From contig CP070812.1 of NCBI GenBank assembly GCA_020344015.1, positions 2,068,092 through 2,132,091 on the forward strand: a stretch of 64,000 nucleotides of DNA, read 5' to 3'. A program made the translations under genes and the position numbers. The notes beneath the pieces were generated by a model. It did no database searches and had not been told where the DNA came from. It saw nothing but the letters and a program-made list of their open reading frames with translations. The DNA comes from Gemmatimonadota bacterium. Lineage in GTDB: Bacteria; Gemmatimonadota; Gemmatimonadetes; Palauibacterales; KS3-K002. Every line of letters starts with the position of its first letter. The stretch's first letter is position 1. This document shows, in pieces, positions 36,639 to 44,514 of this stretch.

Positions 36639-38035
36639 TGATGCCGGACTGGGCCCTCGCCGTACTCGATCCCCTCGCGGTCGCGGTCGGCCTGGGTTTC
36701 TTCATGGCTCTGGCCTATGCTGGGCTGGTCTCGGCGCGTGAGAAAGAGCCACGCGCCGTCTTCGTCTCGTCGTTGCTCGCCGTGATCCTTTCGGCTCCAT
36801 ATCTGTTGCTGGGACTCTCCGATCTGGAAGGAAGGTCGGGCGTCAGTGTAGGGCTCCTGCTGTTGACCGGCGCGGCCGGGCTGGCGCTGGTAATCCCATC
36901 GGGAAAGAAGCGCATCACCGAGGACGACACGCCGAGGGGCCGAATCGACGAGCGTGACATCATGTTCTCGAGGAACTTGTTGGAGCCGGGCACAGCGCGG
37001 TTCGAGGAGTACTACGCGGCCAATCCAGAGAAGCGGGCGGTGGACGATGCGTTCAGAGCGCTGCCGGGCCTCTTGGCGGAAGGGTCGACTATGTACGACC
37101 CGTACGCCTACGCGGCCGCCGGAGCGACGGAGGCGACGGTCGAGTATCTGAGGCCGCTGGTGGAGGGAGGGGTCGCGACCGAGCCTACCGTTACCGATCC
37201 GGTGGAGATCATGGGGTTCATCAAAGGCTGGACGCTCAAGCAGGGGGCCATATCGGTCGGTGTGACGGAGCTCAGGGATTACCACACGTACAGCACGGTG
37301 GGGCGCGGAGATGATTACGGCCGGCCGGTCGAGCTGGATCACGACTACGCCATTGCGTTCACGACCGAGATGTCGAGAGAGATGGTTGCCGGCGCGCCCA
37401 AAGCCTCCATCGTGATGGAGTCGTACCAACAGTACCTGGCCACGGGCGCCATTGCGATACAGTTGGCGAAGCTGATCCGCGGCTTGGGCTACTCCGCCAG
37501 GGCGCACGTGGATGGCAACTATCGTGTCGTGTGCCCGCTGGTTGCCCGGGACGCCGGTCTGGGCGAGATCGGTCGCATGGGCCTGCTGATGACTCCGGAG
37601 CTGGGCCCGCGTGTGCGGCTCGCCGTTGTCACCACCGAGATGCCGTTGGTGGCCGACGAGCGAAGCTTGGACTACACGATGATCGACTTCTGCGCGCGCT
37701 GTAAGAAATGCGCGGAGATTTGCCCCGCCCAAGCGATCCCGTCAGGTGATCGCGAGATGATCGACGGGGTACGTCGCTGGCAGATCGATCAGGAGGCCTG
37801 CTTCACTCTGTGGTGCCAGATCGGTACGGACTGCGGCCGTTGCGTCTCCGTGTGTCCCTACTCACACCCGAACAACCTGCTTCACAACCTGGTCCGGCTG
37901 GGAGTGCGCAACTCGTCTCTGTTCCGCAGGCTGGCGATAAAGGCGGATGACCTGTTCTACGGGAAGCGACCGCCAAGCGCGGAGCTGCCGGATTGGATGC
38001 GGATGAACCCGATCGCCGAGGATTCGTCTAGTTAG
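36635..38035 (+). CDS. Reductive-dehalogenase/QueG-superfamily Fe-S protein with N-terminal three-helix membrane anchor
   Basis: 'ARDAGLGEIGRMGLLMTPELGPRVRLAVVTTEMPL' is the RdhA/QueG conserved core. Two ferredoxin-type clusters 'CARCKKCAEICP' and 'CFTLWCQIGTDCGRCVSVCP'. Three N-terminal TM helices. No Tat signal. Confidence 0.7.
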   Translation: MMMPDWALAVLDPLAVAVGLGFFMALAYAGLVSAREKEPRAVFVSSLLAVILSAPYLLLGLSDLEGRSGVSVGLLLLTGAAGLALVIPSGKKRITEDDTPRGRIDERDIMFSRNLLEPGTARFEEYYAANPEKRAVDDAFRALPGLLAEGSTMYDPYAYAAAGATEATVEYLRPLVEGGVATEPTVTDPVEIMGFIKGWTLKQGAISVGVTELRDYHTYSTVGRGDDYGRPVELDHDYAIAFTTEMSREMVAGAPKASIVMESYQQYLATGAIAIQLAKLIRGLGYSARAHVDGNYRVVCPLVARDAGLGEIGRMGLLMTPELGPRVRLAVVTTEMPLVADERSLDYTMIDFCARCKKCAEICPAQAIPSGDREMIDGVRRWQIDQEACFTLWCQIGTDCGRCVSVCPYSHPNNLLHNLVRLGVRNSSLFRRLAIKADDLFYGKRPPSAELPDWMRMNPIAEDSSS

Positions 38036-39494
38036 GTCTCCACTCGGGGTTCGGCGTCGGCATCCGGGCGCCGACGCTCCGACGCCAATCCTCGAGAATC
38101 TCGTGCAGCTCGGCGGTCAGCTCGGGCCTCTCCCCGGCCAGATCCCGCGACTCGCCGATATCAGCGCTCAAGTCGTAGAGTTCGATCTTACCATCCTCGA
38201 ACCACTCGAAAAGTTTGTAGTCGCCGATCCGCGCGGCGCCCGACGGCCTGTTGCCCGAGCCGTGGTAGTGGGGGAAGTGGAAAAACAGCCGCTGACGATC
38301 AAGCGCACCCGTGCCGAGCATAGGATGTACGAGGCTCAGCCCGTCGGTATGCTGGTCCGGCTGAGCCGGCAGTCCGGCGATCTCCAGCAGAGTCGGGTAG
38401 AGGTCCATAGTGATCGCCGGTTGGTCGATCACGCGCCCGTCCTCGACAGCGCCGGGCCATTTGATGATCAGCGGCACGCGGACGCCACCCTCGTAAAGCC
38501 AGCCCTTCCCGGCCCGCAGCGGCAGAACCGCCGTGGGTATACCGCGGCTTCGCCTGAGCGTGCTCAGGCCGCCATTGTCCGAGACGAAGACCACGACCGT
38601 GCGGTCGGCGAGCTCCAGACTGTCGAGCAGCGCGAGAACCCGGCCGACGCTCTGGTCGGTACTCTCGATCATGCCCGCGTATACGGCGTGGTCCTGACGC
38701 TGTTTTGTAATCGCGTTCGTTCCCTCCGGGAGAAACGCTGGCGCGTCTGTGGCGGCCAGGCCCTGCGCTTTGGACTCGTACTTTGCGGTAAGCTCCGCCT
38801 TAGACTGCAGCGGTGTGTGTACGGCGTAATGCGAGAAGACGAGGAAGAACGTGGTATCGCTCTGCGCCTCGATGAACTGCAGCGCCGCGTCGGTGAGGCG
38901 ATCGGTCAGGTAGTCGCCCTCCTCGCCGTCCTCGAGGTCCGGAACGTTCGTCACCGGCCAGTTCGGGTTCTCGTAGGGATAGAAGTACGAGCCGGGCTGG
39001 CCCGCGTGGTTTACGGCGAAGGAGTAGTCGAACCCCTGGTCCGGCGGCAGGAATCCTTCTGCGCCGAGGTGCCACTTGCCGATGTACCCCGTGGCGTAGC
39101 CGGCCTCCTTGAACGCTTCGCCGAGCGTTATCTCCTCCAGCGGCAACTGTCGCAGGTACTCGGCCTGAATCAGCATGGCACGACCTTCGCCGCCGATCCA
39201 GTTGGTGATGTGGAGGCGCGCCGGGTCCTTGCCGGTCATTATGCTCGCTCGGGTCGGCGAGCATACCGGACTGGCCGAGTAGAACTGGGTGAAGCGGGCG
39301 CCCTCGCGGGCCAGGCGATCGATGTTCGGTGTCTCGTAGAACGTACTGCCATAGACGCCGGTGTCGACCCAGCCGAGGTCATCTATAAGAAAGAACACGA
39401 AGTTGGGGTGTTCGGCAATCGGGCGGTTGCATCCCCAAGCGCACGCGAGGAAGACCAGCGTGAGACGCATCCAGTAGCGGCAGCGGCTTCTCAA
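38028..39494 (-). CDS. Arylsulfatase-family sulfatase (formylglycine-dependent), secreted
   Basis: 'CSPTRASIMTG' C-x-P-x-R motif, 'GKWHLG' and 'DNGG' sulfatase motifs. Signal peptide. Confidence 0.8.
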   Translation of the reverse strand: MRSRCRYWMRLTLVFLACAWGCNRPIAEHPNFVFFLIDDLGWVDTGVYGSTFYETPNIDRLAREGARFTQFYSASPVCSPTRASIMTGKDPARLHITNWIGGEGRAMLIQAEYLRQLPLEEITLGEAFKEAGYATGYIGKWHLGAEGFLPPDQGFDYSFAVNHAGQPGSYFYPYENPNWPVTNVPDLEDGEEGDYLTDRLTDAALQFIEAQSDTTFFLVFSHYAVHTPLQSKAELTAKYESKAQGLAATDAPAFLPEGTNAITKQRQDHAVYAGMIESTDQSVGRVLALLDSLELADRTVVVFVSDNGGLSTLRRSRGIPTAVLPLRAGKGWLYEGGVRVPLIIKWPGAVEDGRVIDQPAITMDLYPTLLEIAGLPAQPDQHTDGLSLVHPMLGTGALDRQRLFFHFPHYHGSGNRPSGAARIGDYKLFEWFEDGKIELYDLSADIGESRDLAGERPELTAELHEILEDWRRSVGARMPTPNPEWRPN

Positions 39495-39584
39495 TGCGGT
39501 CCCTGTGCTGAGGGGAGTGTGCGGTGGCAGGGTCGAGGGCAGCGGCTGGCCCGACGCCCTCGACCCTGCCGCGAGACGGCTGTG

Positions 39585-40355
39585 CTACTCTTTTTTGGAC
39601 GAGTGGATCGCGAAGGCCGCTCCCTGCGGATCCATGCACTGCGCGATCCAGTCGCCGCCGGGCACCTCCATCGGTTCGACGAGCACCTGGCCGCCCAATT
39701 CCTTGACCTTCTCGGCGGAGGCATGCACGTCGGCAACCGTAGTGTAAAACAGCCAGAACGGCGGTCCGGGTATCTCTGCCGGCTTGTTGAACATACCGCC
39801 CAGCGTCGTGCCGCTCACACCGTACATCTGATAGATGCCCATATCGCCCATGTCGCTGGCGTCTGTCTTCTCCCAGCCGAAGAGTTCGCCGTAGAAGTTG
39901 AGGGCTGCTTCGTAGTCCGAGGTCGCCAGCTCGTGCCATGAGAACTCGCCTACCTGCGGCGGTCCCTCCTTGGCCGGCGTTTCCTCCTTGGATGTGAAGA
40001 CGGCGAACACCGCGCCCTGTGGGTCGGCCAGCACGGCAAAACTGCCGACCGTCGGGATCGTGACGGGACCATGCAGCACCCGGCCGCCAAGTTCCGTCGC
40101 CTTCTTCGCAACCGCCTCTGTGTCGGCCACATCGACGTAGGCCAGCCAATGAGACGGCGCACCCGCGGCCCTGGCGTCTTGCGGCAGGTCCATGACGCCG
40201 CCGATCGGCGTCTCGCGATTAGTCCACAAAGTGTAGGGCGCGGGTCCACCCTCCCAAGGGGCAGTGCCCCAGCCGATCAGCTCTGAATAGAAGGTTTTCG
40301 CGGCCTGGGGGTCCGAGGTCATCAGGTCGTACCAGACGAATCGTCCGCGGGGCAC
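39585..40355 (-). CDS. Two-domain VOC-family (glyoxalase-like) protein
   Basis: Two repeats of 'F.WYDL.TSD…A..FY..L.GW' VOC modules. 'AAGGAGGA' RBS before the ATG (complement of 40353-40355). The ORF-track upstream extension is low-complexity. Confidence 0.7.
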   Translation of the reverse strand: MPRGRFVWYDLMTSDPQAAKTFYSELIGWGTAPWEGGPAPYTLWTNRETPIGGVMDLPQDARAAGAPSHWLAYVDVADTEAVAKKATELGGRVLHGPVTIPTVGSFAVLADPQGAVFAVFTSKEETPAKEGPPQVGEFSWHELATSDYEAALNFYGELFGWEKTDASDMGDMGIYQMYGVSGTTLGGMFNKPAEIPGPPFWLFYTTVADVHASAEKVKELGGQVLVEPMEVPGGDWIAQCMDPQGAAFAIHSSKKE

Positions 40356-40470
40356 ATCGGACATGGGGTCCTCCTTACTTGCTAGCGCGTCACGCGCGCG
40401 ACTGCGGTCATCGACGAGGAAAGCCCCAATATGGACCTCTCGGAGTGCTGAGTCTAGGTTGTGCTGACGT

Positions 40471-41007
40471 ATGGCTGCGCGACCCAACTTGAGGATCATT
40501 CCGGAGCCGCCCGCCGCGACGCTCGTCTTCGTGGTCGAGGCGCGAGTGATCGAAGACGATACGCACATGGTACTCGGCGCCGATCCGGTGCCACGCGAAA
40601 CGCATGAGGAACCGGAGCAGCTGCTGGAGAATGCAAGGGCGAGCATTGGGCCGGCACCAGGCACGCTGGTTGTACGAGGCGGTCACCCCATCCGCCTGCA
40701 CGCCATCGTCCACGACCTGGATGGTGAGCCGTCGTGGAGAGAGGAGTGGGTGGCGAGCGCGCTACGCGAGGTTCTTCGGGAGGTAGAGGCCAGAGAGCTG
40801 CGCTCGCTGTCGCTGCCGCTCCTGGGGTGTGTTCACGGGCCGCTGGCGCCCGACCGCTTCGCCGAATTGTTGAGAGACGCTCTGACGGAAGCGAATGTTG
40901 AGCCTCTGGAGGAAGTGTGGGTGACCGTGCCGCCCGAAATCGCCGCCGAGATGGCGACTCGGTTTCGGGCGTTCGGGATGGAAGTCACGGAGAGAGGACA
41001 AGAGTGA
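40471..41007 (+). CDS. Hypothetical protein (possibly macro-domain-like)
   Basis: 178 aa. 'LRSLSLPLLGCVHGPLAPDRFAELL' weakly resembles the macro-domain 'SIAFPAISTGIYGYP' strand-loop. Confidence 0.4.
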   Translation: MAARPNLRIIPEPPAATLVFVVEARVIEDDTHMVLGADPVPRETHEEPEQLLENARASIGPAPGTLVVRGGHPIRLHAIVHDLDGEPSWREEWVASALREVLREVEARELRSLSLPLLGCVHGPLAPDRFAELLRDALTEANVEPLEEVWVTVPPEIAAEMATRFRAFGMEVTERGQE

Positions 41008-41137
41008 GACGAAATGCCGGCGATGAGCGAACCGGTGGAGAGGTTCCTGGCGCAGAATGCGCTGGGTCCTGAATGTCACCGGCGGCCTGCCCAAAGAGGC
41101 CTAGTCGCCACCCGGGGAAGGCCGCCGCTCGCCGCGC

Positions 41138-41347
41138 TCAGCAGTTGTCGTCGGGACAGGTACTGACGCCGAACAGCTTGTAGCCGGGGCAAAAGCCTGC
41201 CACCCCGGTCAGCAGCGGCAGGATACCCAGGAACCCCCAAGGCGTCTTCGGACCGACAAAGGCCACCGCCAGCAGGCCTAAGCCCACCACTATGCGAAGG
41301 ATACGGTCGATGGCGTGCTCGTTTCGGGGCACGACCTTGGACTGCAT
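41138..41347 (-). CDS. DUF2892 (YgaP-like) small inner-membrane protein
   Basis: 'DRILRIVVGLGLLAVAFVG…LGILPLLTGVAGFCPGYKLFGVSTC' is the DUF2892 pattern. Confidence 0.55.
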   Translation of the reverse strand: MQSKVVPRNEHAIDRILRIVVGLGLLAVAFVGPKTPWGFLGILPLLTGVAGFCPGYKLFGVSTCPDDNC

Positions 41348-41603
41348 GGTCTCACCCTCCTGGCAAAAATCGGCTATGTAAACAGATGTGCCCGCCCCAC
41401 TATCCTAAGCCATCCGGGCGCCCGGCGGAAGTACTTCACTTTCGGGCCCTCTGATCGGCTCCCGACCCCCAACCCCGCCGTCGCCAGAGCACTGGTGGGA
41501 AGCTGTCCGTCCCGATTGGCGTTTAGGCTGCACCCGCCGCAGCCATTACGCCGCAACGGCGCTGCTGGTCAAGCGCCGATAGGGACCCTATCTTGAGAAT
41601 CGT

Positions 41604-41637
41604 GCGGGGCCGGGCAGTGGACGGCCCCGTTTTCTTT
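41604..41637 (+). terminator. Intrinsic terminator (+ strand) with no annotated gene upstream
   Basis: ggggccg-ggcagtgga-cggcccc hairpin followed by TTTTCTTT. Confidence 0.45.
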
Positions 41638-41706
41638 AGGCGCGGTCGTAGCCGCGCAGGTGAAAAGCCAATCCGTTAGACTGCATTGAAATCGGAGGTC
41701 TTCGTC

Positions 41707-42030
41707 GTGATTAGTCGGGTCTGGCACGGTTGGACGAGGTCTGCGGACGCACCGGTTTACCAGCGGCTTCTCCAAACGGAGATTCTGCCCGGGATTGAGG
41801 CGAAAAACCTGCCGGGGTATCACGGGGCGCATCTGTTGCGGCGCGACCTCGATGGCGAGGTCGAGTTCGTGACTATTCTGTGGTTCGAATCCTTGGACGG
41901 AGTACGTGCCCTGTCGGGCGAGGATTATGAGGTGGCCTGTGTCCCGCCCCAGGCGCGAGCGGTTCTGTCGCGCTTCGATGCGAGGTCGCAGCATTATGAT
42001 ACGCTGTTGACACCCAACGCTAATCCGTAG
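41707..42030 (+). CDS. Antibiotic-biosynthesis-monooxygenase (ABM)-like protein
   Basis: 'GGAGG' RBS 9 nt before the GTG at 41707. 'FVTILWFESLDGVRALSGEDYEV' ABM-like ferredoxin fold. Confidence 0.55.
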   Translation: MISRVWHGWTRSADAPVYQRLLQTEILPGIEAKNLPGYHGAHLLRRDLDGEVEFVTILWFESLDGVRALSGEDYEVACVPPQARAVLSRFDARSQHYDTLLTPNANP

Positions 42031-42074
42031 GTGGCGCCTGTTAGGAGTGGACGCTAGAGGAACTAAGAATTCCG

Positions 42075-42695
42075 GTGACGCTGCAAGAGCACCGGATAGA
42101 TGCGCGCGGGCTGGCCCTCGAGGGCTTGGTAATCGTTGCCAGCATCCTCGCCGCGTTCGCGCTCGACAGGTGGTGGGACGATCGACGGGAGCGAGTCGAG
42201 GAACGGGTGACCCTGGCAGCACTGCAGGACGAGTTCCTGCAGGCGAGGGCAGAGCTGGAGTTGTACCTTCGCGTTCACCGGCGGATCGAAGGATCCGTCA
42301 GATCAACGGTCGACGCCCTGCGGAGCGGGCTCGATCGCGGAGTTTCCTTCGTTTCGATCCCAGACACCGCGCTGGCGTGGGCCTACATCCCACCCACGAC
42401 CCAACTAAGTCTTGGCACACTCAGCGGTCTTCTTCAGTCGGGTCGGCTGGGCATTCTCCAAGATCCGGAGCTGCGAACCGCTCTTTCGGGCTGGGCGGGT
42501 ATGTTAGGCGATCTGACAGAAGAAGAGACGCGTTCGCTCGAGTACGTCCAGTATCAGCTCGATCCCGTGCTCCGAAAGCGCGTAGACGTGACCGCCTTCG
42601 TGTCCAACAAACTCATCGGTGACCTTGCCGCAGGGAACCTTCCCCAGGCGGTAGTGGATGGGGAGAGCAGGATACCCGTCGACCTTGAAACTTAG
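42075..42695 (+). CDS. Hypothetical protein with N-terminal TM helix
   Basis: 206-aa ORF with one TM helix and coding-like composition. No family recognised. Confidence 0.4.
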   Translation: MTLQEHRIDARGLALEGLVIVASILAAFALDRWWDDRRERVEERVTLAALQDEFLQARAELELYLRVHRRIEGSVRSTVDALRSGLDRGVSFVSIPDTALAWAYIPPTTQLSLGTLSGLLQSGRLGILQDPELRTALSGWAGMLGDLTEEETRSLEYVQYQLDPVLRKRVDVTAFVSNKLIGDLAAGNLPQAVVDGESRIPVDLET

Positions 42696-43160
42696 GGGTC
42701 TTCGCTAGCCGGCTGGCAATCCTCCAGCACGGGATCGATGAGTTCTCGCCGGTTCAGAACGAGGCCGACCGGATCCTGAGCCTGATTGGGCGGTCACTGG
42801 AACGGTGATGGCCAGCTGTTAGACGCGGGAGCCGCGAGGCAGTAAATTGGGTACAGAGGAAGAAAGCCAATGCTGAAGCGATCCGCAGCCGGCGCCGTAG
42901 GCATCCCGCTGCCTCCCATGAAGCTCCTGCCCCGAGAGGCGCGGCCTGGCATCTTTGCACCCCCCAACAATTGACCCACTAGCGCGGTAGGGTTGCCGGC
43001 CCGCCCGGGGACCCGCGCGAGCCGATCTCGCTACCCCGATATCCGTGCCGGCGACGCCTGGTCGGGGCATTTTGCGTCCCCGCCTCCTCCGCCCGCGCCA
43101 ACTCCGCGTCGTGCCGGTATGAGCTTGTGAAAGGGATAGTACATACGACTGGAGATAACG

Positions 43161-44465
43161 ATGTCTGAAATAACCGTACCATCCGACGCCGTCTTTCCGA
43201 TACTGAAAGAGAACATCCTGGTAGACGGCTTCCATATCGTGATCGATCTGCAGAAGTCGCACGGATCGGTCATTGTAGATGCGCTGGAGGGCAAGGAATA
43301 CCTGGATTGCTACGGGTACTTCGCTACCCTGCCGATCGGGCACAACCACACGAAGCTGGAGGACGAAGGTTTCCGTCGCTCGCTGATGACGGCGGCGCTC
43401 GCCAACCCGGCGAACAGCGATATTTACTCACGTGAGTTCGCGGCGTTCGTGAGGACGTTCCGCGAGATCGCCGTACCTGATGAGTTCCGCTATCTGTTTT
43501 TCATCGCCGGAGGCGCGCTGGCCGTCGAAAACGCGATGAAGGTGGCCTTCGACTGGAAACGCCAGAAGAATCGCGCACAGGGGGTCGAGGGCGGCGGCGA
43601 TAAGATCATGCACTTCGTCGACGCGTTCCATGGGCGGAGCGGCTACACGCTTTCCGTTACGAACACGGACCCGACCAAAACCCGGGACTTCCCGAAATTC
43701 GATTGGCCGCGCATCTCAAATCCGACGATCCAGTTTCCGGTAAACGAGGCGGAAGCCGCGGCGGCCGAGGCGAAGGCGTATGCGGAGATCGAAGCGGCCT
43801 TTGCGAACGATCCGCACGGGATAGCCGCGATCATGATCGAGCCGATCCAGGGTGAGGGTGGTGACAATCACTTCCGACCGGAGTTCATGCAGCGTCTACG
43901 CAAGTACGCGGATGAGAACGATGCGCTGTTAATCTTCGACGAGGTGCAGACCGGGATGGGGGTGACCGGAAAGATGTGGGCGTATCAACACTTCGGCGCG
44001 ACGCCTGATATCATCGCCTTCGGTAAGAAGACGCAGGTTTGCGGCATAATGAGCACGAGGCGCGTTGATGACGTGAAGGACAACGTTTTCCACGTCTCGT
44101 CGCGCATCAATTCGACCTGGGGCGGCAACCTCGTGGATATGGTTCGCTGCGCCCGCTACCTGCAGATCATACAAGAGGACGGCCTGGTGGAGAATGCGGC
44201 GCGCGTCGGCGCCATCTTCAAAGAAGGTTTGGAAAAATTGCAGGCCGACTTCCCGGCGGTCACCAACGTGCGCGGCCTTGGCCTGATGCTGGCCTTCGAT
44301 CTGCCCGACGGCGCGACGCGCGACAAGGTACGTCAGGATTGCTGGGATCGGGGGTTCGCTTCATTGCCGTGTGGGCCCCGCTCGCTGCGATTCCGGCCCC
44401 CGCTGGTGTTCAGCGAAGCGGAGGCGGAGCGGTCGCTGGCCACGATTAGGGAGGTGCTCGGGTAG
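43161..44465 (+). CDS. lat: L-lysine 6-(epsilon)-aminotransferase, class III PLP aminotransferase
   Basis: Near-collinear similarity to mycobacterial LAT: 'FFIAGGALAVENAMKVAFDWK', 'FHGRSGYTLSVTNT', 'FDWPRI', 'EPIQGEGGD', 'LIFDEVQTGMG', 'FGKKTQVCG', 'NSTWGGNL'. Confidence 0.85.
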   Translation: MSEITVPSDAVFPILKENILVDGFHIVIDLQKSHGSVIVDALEGKEYLDCYGYFATLPIGHNHTKLEDEGFRRSLMTAALANPANSDIYSREFAAFVRTFREIAVPDEFRYLFFIAGGALAVENAMKVAFDWKRQKNRAQGVEGGGDKIMHFVDAFHGRSGYTLSVTNTDPTKTRDFPKFDWPRISNPTIQFPVNEAEAAAAEAKAYAEIEAAFANDPHGIAAIMIEPIQGEGGDNHFRPEFMQRLRKYADENDALLIFDEVQTGMGVTGKMWAYQHFGATPDIIAFGKKTQVCGIMSTRRVDDVKDNVFHVSSRINSTWGGNLVDMVRCARYLQIIQEDGLVENAARVGAIFKEGLEKLQADFPAVTNVRGLGLMLAFDLPDGATRDKVRQDCWDRGFASLPCGPRSLRFRPPLVFSEAEAERSLATIREVLG

Positions 44466-44514
44466 GCTGCTGGAACTGCTTCGTTGCGAACCCCGTAACC
44501 AGGGAGCGCGAGAC

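Noticed and set aside
42047-42622. 191-aa Arg-rich ORF overlapping the 42075-42695 gene
   Set aside because: The out-of-frame alternative is Arg/Gly-rich low-complexity. The 42075 frame has a TM helix and balanced composition.
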